DNA from: Chara braunii
Taxonomy: Eukaryota; Plantae; Charophyceae
Reading direction: 5' to 3'
DNA: 64,000 nt
NCBI GenBank assembly: GCA_003427395.1
Contig: BFEA01000033.1
Coordinates: 4,536,151 to 4,600,150, forward strand
In this document: in pieces, positions 53,485-64,000 of the stretch
How positions within the stretch are numbered: position 1 is the first letter of the stretch
Layout of the letters: every line of letters starts with the position of its first letter
Made by a program: the position numbers and the translations under genes
Notes under the pieces: model-generated
Database searches by the model: none
What the model saw: the letters and a program-made list of their open reading frames with translations, nothing else
Told to the model about the DNA's origin: nothing

Positions 53485-55691
53485 AACTTTATCGAGGAAA
53501 AAAGATGTTGACGTCACACTTTGCAAACCAAATGAACAAAACAGAAGACAGCAGAGGCACACTGAGACCGTCACAGAGTGTTGGCACACTGCTCTGCTGG
53601 GGCACAGGGGCAGAGAAGTGATCCTCAACATCAAAGAATGCGCCAACAGTCTGCTGAGCCAAGGAAACACCATCCTTGCACAGGAAATGATCGGAAAACT
53701 ATGGGATGCACCACGGTACCATTGTCCCACAGTTCTCAGTGGTCAGAGGCATGAACAATCACCATATACTGGCCAGGTCCATGTAAAATGCAGGCAGAGA
53801 TGTAAAGATGCGGGATGGAGGACGACACCACGCATTGGGTCGAGCATGACACAGGTTCAAGTTGGCAGTCCCTCACTGCAACTTGTAGGACCTCAATTGC
53901 CAAGACTCCTTCCCTGGTAGAGTTACTACCATCTGCCTCTGCCCTTCTGCCTCTGGGCAGAGAGGATCCACATCAAGAGGAAGGGTGACTGCTGATGCTG
54001 TATAATGTGGGCAACAGAAGACTTGCAGACAAGCATCAGTAGCAGCTAGCCCACAGAGACTGGGGAGGTTCTCAACCAAATAAGAGAAAAGGGGACAACA
54101 GAGATGTTCCTCATTCGTGTGACCAGGCTGGAGTGCTGGACACTGCCCAACAATGTCCAAGTTACTCAGATGATGCTCGAAGTCTGGAACGTCCTCGTCG
54201 GTCATTAGGAGATCACCCGTGTGGTCTACTCCCTTGGGGCAATTTGAAAGTCAGCCAAGGGTATGTTGCACTCCCGGGACGTTACATGCCACATCCTGAG
54301 TGGGGACCGCAAACTGAGTGGGGCCCACACCCTGCGTGGGGGGACTGTATCCTGCTCTGCAGGTGACTCGTGAATCTGTAATGATGTAGAGCATAGAGCA
54401 TCAAACAGAAGTTGGGATGTCTGCAGGGGATAGAGGAGTGGATACTGGCGTGTGGAGCAAGGGAACAGCAACAACATGTGGAGCACGAACGGAAAGAACT
54501 GGGACAGACAAAGAAACGTGCAGCCGATCCTTGGACAGGTGATGATGCAATGCATGCCATCGGCGGTACACAGTACGAGGAATTCTGGCGTCACAAACTG
54601 GAGATTAGCATGTCTCCAGCAATGGAGGTGGAACAGCGGGCAAGGGAGAGCCTGTCTGCAAACGATGCCATCGAGGACACTGAGGCAGTGACGAGGAAAG
54701 GCAGTGACGAGGAATCCTCCCGTCTGCACCCAAGCACAGAGAGATAGGAAAAGGGTGATCGAGTGAGCAAGGGCCCGAGATAGACAGCACAGGCACCGGA
54801 AAGATGAAGGATGCATTGTTCTCTCCACAGGTAGTGAGACTGGGGTTATCTGGCTGCTGGAGAAAACCATATGGGTAACCGCGATCGTGTGAGCACACAG
54901 AGGGATATCTCAGGTGAAACTGCAGCAGCAAAAACTGCACCGAAGGAACCATAGGTTTATTGCGAGCAGATGGGCAAGCAAGGGCGAGACGAGGGTGCCG
55001 CACCGGGGGCAAGGCAGATAGCGGATGATACAGGGACCATTGCAGCATGTGTCAGAACATCGGCGAGAGCTCATACACATACGTAACAGCTGGTCAAAAA
55101 TACCCACAAAGGTAGGAAAAGGGTGACAAGTGAGGGGCTGTCACACACCGTTGCATCAGGCATTCGCCCCACAATTCATCAGTGGGGTTACAGCTGGTCA
55201 AATATACCCAGAAAGGTAGGAAAAAGCTGAAAAGCGAGAGGGTGTCACACACCATTGCATCAGACATTCACCCCCCAATTCATCACTGGGCTGAACCTCC
55301 AACAGGCTGGAGAGAGCCCAACCCCACGACCCACTACCAGTGGTGCTTCAAGCCATAATCTGGCATGACGCCAAGTGAAAACTCGGCAGAAAGGTAGAAA
55401 AACGACAAAAAGCAAGGGCTGTGGCAGACCATTCGACCAGACTTTCAACAGCTCATCAGGGGGATAGAACCCAACGGTACCCGACAGTATGTAGAGCCCC
55501 CTTATCGATCCTTGAAGCCAGCCACAGGCAGAATGGTGGCTGCGCCAGACTCTTTTGGCCGAGCGTAACGAACTTGTCAAGGACCAGAGCCCTCAACAAT
55601 CTGTGAAGCACACTTACCATATAACGCACCAGGTCCCCCGAACCACGGGCAGAAAAAGGTAGAAAACCGGACAAATAAAGGGGGTCTGTGA

Positions 55692-55752
55692 CAGACTGTT
55701 TCGCCAGAGTTTCACCAACTCGTCAGGGGGCTGAACCCTCCACAGCAGTCTG
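55692..55752 (-). ncRNA. Type III hammerhead motif, degenerate
   Basis: CAGACTG.CTGT-G-GAGG gttcag CCCC-CTGACGA-GTTGG tgaaact CTGGC-GAA-ACAGTCTG. Stem II is fully paired with G-U wobbles; the triplet is mutated to GUG. Confidence 0.7.
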
Positions 55753-56094
55753 CAGAGCCCCCTACCAATGCTTCAAGCCGTGATCTTCCCTGACCCCAAA
55801 TCAGAGCAAATTATCAACCTACCACCCATCGATAGCAGCAGATGCAAGATTCCAGAGACTATCAGTTCACACCCCACCCTCGGAAGCCAGGAAATCCCCC
55901 AATGAAACAGAAAAGGTTGGTCAGACTATCACAGCAAAAAAGGTATGTGGACCTGTCAAAGCAAAAAAAGGGACTGTCCGGCTGTCACAGGCAGAAAAGA
56001 CATGTACTAAACTTGTCATTACGAGAAGAGATTCGAACTGAACGAGCTGTCAGCGAAATATGCCATAAAAATGGAAATGGAAATTGCATCTAAC

Positions 56095-56187
56095 CTGGCA
56101 GTTTTTTGGCCTTACGGACAGGCACAAACTTTGCGCCAAGTGCGAGCGCAATGGGGGGACCGAAAATAAACCCCCGAGCTTCAATTC
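56095..56187 (-). CDS. APT: APRT exon ([31 protein letters not shown])
   Basis: Acceptor tgcag, donor gttag, 93 bp, phase 1-1. Contains the canonical EARGF and RK..KLPG motifs. Found by reading the minus strand; absent from the ORF track. Confidence 0.95.
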
Positions 56188-56341
56188 CTGCACAAAAAGA
56201 CAGCAGATTAACAACAAATCCCCCCCATCAAAAGCCAGATAAATTAGCCCCAGCTATCAAACGTCAAGCTAGCAGTCCAAGTTTGAAAGAAAGTAAGACA
56301 GGGTGGGTACCTAAATTTAGAAAATTGAAAGAAAGATAGGC

Positions 56342-56432
56342 GTCCTCCCTGGCATCCGACCAGAATGGTACGGAGAAGATTAGCATGGCCCCTGCACAAG
56401 GATGACACACACAACTTGAGAAATCGTCCAAA
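56342..56432 (+). pseudogene. U6: Diverged U6 snRNA pseudogene
   Basis: GAGAAGATTAGCATGGCCCCTGCACAAGGATGACAC...GAGAAATCGTCCAAA. The ACAGAGA box is mutated to ACGGAGA and the 5' part is partly deleted. Confidence 0.82.
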
Positions 56433-56454
56433 ACAAATTTAAATATATATACAG

Positions 56455-56571
56455 AGTCAAACAGAGCTGCCCGGTAAACCGTAGGCAGAGATGGAGAAGA
56501 GGACAACAAATGAGGGGCTGTGACAAACTGTTTCGTCGGAGTTTCACACACTCATCAGGAGGCTGAACCCT
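56455..56571 (-). mobile_element. Hammerhead-family copy corresponding to the predicted 3' cleavage product
   Basis: Minus strand reads AGGGTTCAGCCTCCTGATGAG...GAAACAGTTTGTCACAGCCCC...GCCTACGGTTTACCGGGCAGCTCTGTTTGAC, flanked by ATAT runs. Confidence 0.65.
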
Positions 56572-56808
56572 ATATATCGTCAAACAGTGAAAAAGAAAGA
56601 GGGGGGGGGGGGGGACAAAGAAACCCCGAAAGCAACATTAATTCTTTCAAGCAAACGATCACCCTGAATCACAGAAAGCAAGCTGTCCCAGATAAGGATG
56701 GAGTGCAGTTGAAAAGCTGCTGTGTGCGTGTGTGCTTTGGGTCAGCAGGATTCGAACCCGCAAACTGTCCAAGTATTTGCTGGAGTTCGAGCTGTTTGTC
56801 GCATTCGA

Positions 56809-57142
56809 GCTGGGACGCTGGTTCACTCCCAGTTTCCAGCACAAGCCAAAGTAAACCAGGAGTAAACCAGGAGTAAACGAGGAGTAAACGAGGAGTAAAC
56901 CAGGAGTAAAAGCAGGAGTAAAGCAGGAGTAAAGCAGGAGTAAAACCAGGAATAAACCGGCGTCCCAACTGGTTAACTTCGCTGGGACGCTGGTTCACTC
57001 CCAGTTTCCAGCACAAGCCAAAGTAAACCAGGAGTAAACCAGGAGTAAACCAGGAGTAAACCAGGAGTAAACCAGGAGTAAAAGCAGGAGTAAAGCAGGA
57101 GTAAAGCAGGAGTAAAACCAGGAATAAACCGGCGTCCCAACT
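56809..57142. repeat. 11-bp minisatellite (AAACCAGGAGT) within a duplicated ~170-bp block
   Basis: GCTGGGACGCTGGTTCACTCCCAG...(AAACCAGGAGT)n...CGGCGTCCCAACT occurs twice. Confidence 0.88.
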
Positions 57143-58308
57143 GCCGTAAACCAGTGACGGCCCCAGCATTTCCGGGTTGTTTGTGAGGATTTCCGGCCTC
57201 ATGGTGTTAATTTTGGAATATAAAGCTACTCGAAACAAAAAAAGCAAAAAATAAGACAAAAAAGAGCAGGCCTTTTTAGACTCGTACAATCTAGAATTTT
57301 ATTAGGCATCAACCTGCTGCCGTCTTCACCCCAATATAAAGTAACATACAGTCATCCTCCCTGTATACGCCGAAAGTTGCCACAAATACAGGAGTAGTAA
57401 TTGACCGCGCGCTATTCCGGGGAAAAGACCATACGCTTAGGGTTTAGGGTATAACTCCCCAGAGGCAGCAACCAACCATTGGTTCAGAAAAGTCATTCGT
57501 CAAATCTTTGGTGCTTTGTGGGAAACTGGAGGTCCGCTATTTTTAGCCCTGGTTGGGGAAAAGACAAAGAAAAGGTGCCGCCATAGCCAGTGAGATCTTT
57601 TCTTTTTTGTCTGTATTTCAACAGTTCAGTTCAGGAGTGTACCAACTGAGTTAGGCCCGTTGGTAGCACCATTGACCGCAAGAGCTAGGCCCGTTGGTAG
57701 CCCATCTCGGATTTCATGCAGAGAGATCTTGCTGTTCACTAGACAGTTGCTTGAAAATCCAACCAAAAAAAAAAAAAAAAAGATGTCCGAGAATGCTTAA
57801 ATAGTAAAAAAAAAAAAAAAGGAACCAACTGTAGAGGTTAAGAGACTTGGCTCTTGAGGTCAAGGGTGCTGGTTCGATTCCGAGCGTGCACGGATTGACC
57901 TGAGGCCAGACAGCATGGATCCATAACAACAGTCCTGAATGGCCAGGAGGGACAGACAAGCTCCTCCTCGACACTTCCCAGGCCAGGTTGGCTGATCGAC
58001 AATGGCAGAAATTTTGTTTCCTTTGCCCCCTCCCGTAGTAGTTTCTTTTTCTTTCTTTTTCTTACTTTTTTTCTTTTTTTTCCCTCTTTTTTCCTTCCTT
58101 TTTTCTTACTCCCCCCCCCCCCCCTCTCTCCCCTCCCCTCTCCCCTCCCTTTTAAAAAGCAAAAAATCAACCCGGGTACTGAGAGCATTACTCAGCTTCG
58201 CTTTTGAAAAGGAAAGAACCAAATCAGCAATCAATCTCTAAGACTCCCAAACGCCCAAAAGACGCCCAATCAAAACTCTGCCTACACGACGCCAGATTGC
58301 CAACATTA

Positions 58309-58481
58309 CCGTCTTCACCCGAATACAACGCCCAGCCCTCATAAAACTGCTGAGTCTTTGTTTAAAAAAATCATAATAATACAAATAAAAAAAGAACGCC
58401 CGGTCATTGTAGCTGTATTTGGAGCAACTTTCAGACCAGATGCAGCGATAATGACAGGCCGTTTTATTCGTGTGAAGACGG
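58309..58481. mobile_element. pogo/Tc1-like MITE copy with TA TSD and an internal insertion
   Basis: ta|CCGTCTTCACCCGAATAC...GTGAAGACGG|ta. Confidence 0.75.
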
Positions 58482-58910
58482 TAGATCTACTCCTATCTAA
58501 CCTGCTACACCAGCTTAATTTTGGCCTGGCAAACCGGTCTAGGTGATGATGAATGCACCCACAATACATCCAAACACGTGTCACAAGGAATGAAAAACTT
58601 CACAANNAAAAAAAAAAAAAAAAAAAAAAAACCTTCACAACTAAACTACCATACCTGAGATGACAGCAAGCAACGTAGGCACGCACTCATAGTCTAATTC
58701 GTACAGTGGTTACTACCCTCTTCACATGAAAAAAACGGCCCGGTAATTATCGCTGCATCTGGACCGAAACTTGTGCCAAATGCAGCTATATAATGACCAG
58801 GCGATCTATTCGGGTGAAGATGCTAGGCCGAAAGGAGAGTGATGGATGAACGCACAATACATCCCAACAAGCGTCACAAGGCATCAAGTTCACAATGAAA
58901 CCGGTCCATA

Positions 58911-59068
58911 GGCTACCAACGGGCCTAGCTCAGTTGGTACACGCCCCCCCTGCACTGTTGAAATATAGACTCAAGTTCATCTTCAGATACCTTCAGATCA
59001 AAAGAATAAAATCATTCTGAATTGCCTGGGGCCGGTCAGTTCGATGATAATATCTCAAGGCCGTCGAG
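58911..59068 (+). mobile_element. tRNA-derived SINE
   Basis: A-box TAGCTCAGTTGG and CTGTTGAAATA.AGAC; body GGTCAGTT.GA.GAT.ATATCTCAAGGCC shared with 63706-63850. Confidence 0.7.
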
Positions 59069-59081
59069 CTTTTTCTAAGAA

Positions 59082-59121
<40 letters not shown>

Positions 59122-59243
59122 CAAAAAAAAATAAAAAATAAAAAGGTCCAGGCCTGGCAAACCGTTCTATTCGACGGGTGGGAACTATCCGTTCCAAACT
59201 GAGAGCCACTCACCACCCTCCCAATAGTTTGAAGCATCCGCAA

Positions 59244-59521
59244 CTAGGGTACCAGAGCGGCCCGGGTCCACTTGCCCGGCCGGGCCAAAAAGAAATAAAA
59301 AAATAAAAAAATAAAAAATATTTTCTAATTAATATTTTTATTTTTGATTTCCCCCTAAGGCAAAAGTTGTTCAGTTTATTTTTCTGCATAACATAGTTTT
59401 TTTTCAGATTTTTTGGATTTGTTTTTGTTTTTGTTTTCTTGGCTGGGACCTTCCCTGGTGCTTGCACGGCCGGGCCGCCCGGCAAAATAGGGTGACCCGG
59501 GCGGCCCGGCTGGTAGCCTAA
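59244..59521. mobile_element. hAT-family MITE (same family)
   Basis: TIR CTAGG(G)TACCAG / CTGGTAGCCTA(A); 8-bp TSD ATCCGCAA. Confidence 0.85.
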
Positions 59522-59605
59522 ATCCGCAATTAATTACTGACCTTTCCCCAATAAGTACTACTTATTGGACTTCAACTGCCGGCCGAATCATGATGATGCA
59601 GGAAG

Positions 59606-59869
59606 CTAGGCTACCAGAGTGGCCCGGGGTCACTTGCCCGGCCGGGCGAAAAAGATTTAAAAAATAATAATAATAATAATTTTTATTTTATATTTTAAAT
59701 TTGGTAAAGAATTTTGATGTGACCCTGAGGCAAAAGTTATTCAGTTTATTTTTCTGCATAAGTTTTTTTTCGGATTTGTTTTTGGATTTTTTTTTTTCTT
59801 GCTGGGACCCTCCCTTGTCCTTGCACGGGCTTGCCACCCGGGACCCGGGCGGCCCAGCTGGTAGCCTAG
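59606..59869. mobile_element. hAT-family MITE
   Basis: TIR CTAGGCTACCAG; perfect 8-bp TSD GCAGGAAG at 59598-59605 and 59870-59877. Confidence 0.9.
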
Positions 59870-60959
59870 GCAGGAAGACCTTTGTTTTTGTTTTCTTGGC
59901 TGGGACCTTCCCTGGTGCTTGCACGGCCGGGCCGCCCGGGAAAATAGGGTGACCCGGGCGGCCCGGCTGGTAGCCTAGATCCGCAATTAATTACTGACCT
60001 TTCCCCAATAAGTATTACTTATTGGACTTCAACTGCCGGCCGAATCATGATGATGCAGGAAGACCTTGACCGACAGTTGTTAAACTCCAAGCGAGCAGTG
60101 CATTTTACCGAAATTTTGACAACTATACATGATTAAATAAACAAAACAAACAAATCAGTGTTCGCCTAATTTCTTCCTCGTAATGACGAGGATGAGGATG
60201 AGGGTGATGAGCACAACGACCATAATGACGCGATGATGATGACATTAGGGATGGAGAATGCCAATATGATTTTACCGAGTACTTTGCGCACTCTTTTAGT
60301 TTATAGGGTGGTTGGTTGCTATCCTGAATAATGCTATGCTTTATTCGATTCCAGACTCGATTTGGTTCAGTATAGAGGGCGAAGGCTTTCTGTTCTGTTT
60401 TTATAAATGTGGGTTTATGCAGCATTTCGTCTTTTCTCTCTTCTTTTTTTTTTCTTTTTTTTTCTTTTTTTGTCTCTTGTCTTGTTGACTTTTTTGTCAT
60501 TTTGTCAGTCTTCTTATTTTGTCGTTTCTTTTTTCTCTTTTTTCTCTTTTTCGCTTTTTTTTTTTTTCAGGGGGGGGGGGGGGGGGGGGGGGGACTATGT
60601 CGGTTTATGCGGCATTTCCACTAAATAGTTAGGATCAATTAATTAATGAGACTTGGCTGGAAAGTCTTTTTGCCTTTGTCAACGGCATCGGTAACTTTTG
60701 TAGCTTTTCATTTCCTTTTTTTTTTTTTTTTTGATACATGTGGTGCGGGGGTGCACCACGTATCAGATCTACTAAACTGATGAGAACAGATACTACTCTT
60801 GATCTATTTTTAGCGAACAGACCAAGAAAGGTACATTATTGTTTTCTTGAATCTGGTGTTCTAATAGCGTTAAACTGGCCAGTGGCTACCTCTAATTATA
60901 TTTTAACAGTACAGATTCGTAGGCCAAAGGCGGGTTCATCGAATTGCTTTCTTTTTTTA

Positions 60960-61700
60960 ATGAGATGATGATGAAAATGATAAAGATAAGATGATAAAGA
61001 TGATAAAGATGATAAAGATTGATGAAGATGATAAAGATGATAAAGATGATAAAGATTGATGAAGATGATGAAGATGATAAAGATTGATGAAGATGATGAC
61101 GATTGATGAAGATGATGAAGATGATGAAGATGATGATGACGACACCGACGGCAAAGCAGGTACCGACCATTTCAGACTGACAACCACTATACACCTCCGA
61201 GCAATCCTGTATGTGCCTGCCGCCATAGCTTGTTTGCAATAATTACAATAAGATGACAACCACGGCAATGATTTTGTGACGATAATCATTTAACGACCAT
61301 AACCACGAGGACGACAGCAATGAAGATAACGGGAATGTAGTAACTTATTCCTACGACTACGGTTGTAGATAATAACCCGTAAAGCGACGACGACGATGAT
61401 ATACGTACTGACAATGAAGGTAACAACGGAGTACGACGCTGGTTGTTATGATCATAATGCTGATGATGATGATGATGATGATGATGAAGCTGAAGATTAT
61501 TATGATGATTAAGTCAATGATTATGATGTCAAGACGATTATGATGATGATTATGATGTCAAGACGATTATGATGATGATTATGATGATTACGTAGATGAT
61601 ATGATACGATGGTTATGATGATTTTATCCATGACGATGACAATGATGACAGACAGGCGATGGGGATGATAATGACTGATTATGATGATGATGATCTCTAA
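60960..61700. repeat. (GAT/GAA)n-derived low-complexity tracts
   Basis: Directly visible in the sequence. Confidence 0.85.
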
Positions 61701-62047
61701 TACAAGAATGATACGGACAATGACGAAGACCCCATGAACAGTGATGGTATCACCATAGTGATCATCAGATTGAGGATGAATATTGAAAAGTCTGTGTCTT
61801 CATCCCCCTACGAAACATAAAGCCGCCTCCCCCACGTTATGTTATCGCGCTGCCTATCCATTCCAAACGCGGATAGGAGCTGCCTATCCGCGCTGCCTAT
61901 CCAGCGAGTATGACCATTGGATTGCTATGTTCCCCCGCTGACCATCGTGCGATGTTCTCGTGATGCCCACGGGGCAGCATAGCAATCCACTGATGCACAG
62001 CGTCGCCATTAGAAGTCCGTCGGAGAATCGACTCAAGTGATTCGTAT

Positions 62048-62137
<90 letters not shown>

Positions 62138-62255
62138 CCTTGCGTGTGTAAGAGTTAATGAATGACCGAACGAACGAAGAATGGCGTCGATCGAGGGAGA
62201 AGGAATATAAGCAATGCTGACCACCAACCATCCCGCCAGCAGGCCAGCTACTTAC

Positions 62256-62366
62256 CCGCAACTACGTCGATCTTCGACTCTGCGTATCTCTCCACGCATA
62301 TGTCGATGCAATCCTTGAACGCCTTTGGATTCAGAAGAAGTGTCGTGACGTCCCGGAAAAGTATAC
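62256..62366 (-). CDS. APT: APRT internal exon (GILFRDVTTLLLNPKAFKDCIDICVERYAESKIDVVA)
   Basis: Acceptor ttcag, donor gtaag, 111 bp, phase 1-1. Matches the APRT GI.F.D.T.LL motif. Confidence 0.93.
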
Positions 62367-63572
62367 CTGAAGTAAGGAGGAAAGAGAGGAAAGAAGGGCA
62401 AGAAGAGGCGGCGGGAGGGAAGGGGGGCAGCGGGAGGAGGAGGAAATCAGTGATAGGATATCGGCAAAAACTTATTACGCACAGAAACGACAAAACACGC
62501 AGAAACGACAAAACACGAAGGTTGGGAAACGACAAACACAAACCAAGCAGAAGCAAAGCGTGAGAAAAGAATAATGAACCAAGCCCACGTGGCTGAATGG
62601 CGGACACATGTATGTAGCTGTTAATGCACAGAACACGTGAGAAATGAACCGAATCCCGAAGGAAAAAAAAAAAAAAGTGTATTGTCTGAATTACCCACCT
62701 GGCGTGTTCAGAATAATCGCCAAGCCTACTCCTGCGCGTCCAAAGCGTGAAAAAAAAAAAAAAAAAAGACAATCCCAAAGGATTCGGTGCACGAAAGAGG
62801 ATATGGGAAAGGTAGGGCAGAAAAGAAAGAAAAAAAGGCCAGCAAACATGATAGCAGCAAAGCCAACTACAGATAGGAGAACAAAAGAAAGGGCGAGCTG
62901 CAGTAAACGCAGAGTCAAAGCGGCAGAAACGTGTTTGTTTTTTTGTTTTTTTTTCTACCGGACTCGAAAAAGCCCAGTATTGTTGTTTATTGCCACTACC
63001 TCCCTCTGTCAGGTTTTGAACTTCTTTTAACAACATTAAACTTTTTCGAAACACATTGATTTTGAACTTTTTTCAAACACATTGTTTTTAAAAGAAGTTC
63101 AAAACCAATGAGTTTTTTAAAAAGCTCAAAACCCTCAACAGCATTCCGTTACCCGAAAGATTTAAAAAAAAAAGGAAAAAAAATAGAAAGGCACTAAAAA
63201 AGAACGGAGAGAAGAGAGAGAAAGAGAGAGAGAGAGAGAAAGAGGGAGAGAGAGGGAGAGAGAGGGAGAGAGAGAGCGAGAGAGAGGGAATGGAGAGCAG
63301 AGAAAACTATTAAGAGAAAAAAAAAAAAAAATAGAAGCCAGGTGGAAGTGTAAGTGGGTACGGAGATCAAGGACAAAAAATTACGAACATAGAACAACAA
63401 GTGCCCAAGGTTGAGTGAGAGATAGAGATAGGGTGCAGAGGACTCCTCCACGCGAAGATAAGGACGATGCAGCCGAATCTATACGATACACGACAAGCAA
63501 ATAAATTACGGTATTATTTTTTTTTAAAAGAGCCAGATGAAGGAGAAGGGGGGGGGAAATATATATATATAT

Positions 63573-63659
63573 CCGACGAAACAGTTTGTCACAGCCCCTC
63601 GTTTGTTGTCCTCTTCTCTCTCTCTGCCTACGGTTTACCGGGCAGTTCTGTTTGTGACG
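63573..63659 (+). mobile_element. 5'-truncated hammerhead-family copy inserted in (AT)n
   Basis: CCGACGAAACAGTTTGTCACAGCCCCTC...GGGCAGTTCTGTTTGTGACG between (AT)n runs; same 3' end as the 56455 copy. Confidence 0.65.
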
Positions 63660-63705
63660 ATATATATATAAAAATATAAAAAAAAGAAGGGGAAATAATG
63701 CAGAA

Positions 63706-63850
63706 CCAACGGGCGTAGCTCAGTTGGTCCGCCAGATGAACTGTTGAGATGCAGACGACAGTTCGAATCCCAATGAACTCAGGATGAGTAAACAACTCTG
63801 AATCTACCTGTAGCAGGTCAGTTTGAAGATGATATCTCAAGGCCATCGCC
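63706..63850 (+). mobile_element. tRNA-derived SINE
   Basis: A-box TAGCTCAGTTGG, B-box GTTCGAATCC, shared body, A-rich tail. Confidence 0.75.
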
Positions 63851-64000
63851 CTTTCTAATCAAAAACAACGAAACAAGGAGGAAACAATAATTATAATAAT
63901 AATAATAAATAAATAAATAAGATTTGGTAGTATCTCCGTGATAATCAGCTTGTGTTAGGAGGGAAAAACAGCTTGTACTTGATGGAAGGAGGGCAGGGCA

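Noticed and set aside
57437-57450. TTAGGGTTTAGGGT telomere-like motif
   Set aside because: Only two units, compatible with chance.
57829-57890. tRNA-like sequence with GGTTCGATTCC
   Set aside because: No intact acceptor stem or cloverleaf; likely a SINE head rather than a tRNA gene.
62691-62760. Possible upstream APRT exon (GVGLAIILNTPG followed by gtgggt)
   Set aside because: Does not match the expected IR.IPDFPKPG motif; the first exon probably lies outside the window.

Overview
This is repeat-rich eukaryotic genomic DNA with (GA)n/(CA)n microsatellites flanking several N-gaps. The gene structure and TE content suggest a streptophyte alga or plant (Chara-like); this is inference only. Two host genes are supported. 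(1) An intronless LEA/SMP (seed maturation protein) gene at 9245-9850 (+). (2) An adenine phosphoribosyltransferase (APRT) gene on the minus strand: five GT-AG exons (62256-62366, 56095-56187, 45179-45328, 34026-34084, 31420-31479; 473 coding bp) span about 31 kb, and the first exon(s) were not found in the window. The APRT introns contain a decayed Ty3/gypsy chromovirus with both LTRs (36050-44156), a 5'-truncated L1/Tx1-type LINE, two U6 snRNA pseudogenes, tRNA-derived SINEs and hAT and pogo MITEs; a MULE MITE lies outside the gene. The most unusual signal is a family of type III hammerhead ribozyme motifs at 23191, 52473, 52608, 55100-55790, 56524 and 63573. These occur as dispersed copies, a long inverted pair and a tandem array, and one copy starts at the predicted self-cleavage site. 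The pattern suggests a retrozyme/Penelope-like mobile RNA family. A Tn5/Nextera adapter at 3387-3405 marks an assembly artifact.
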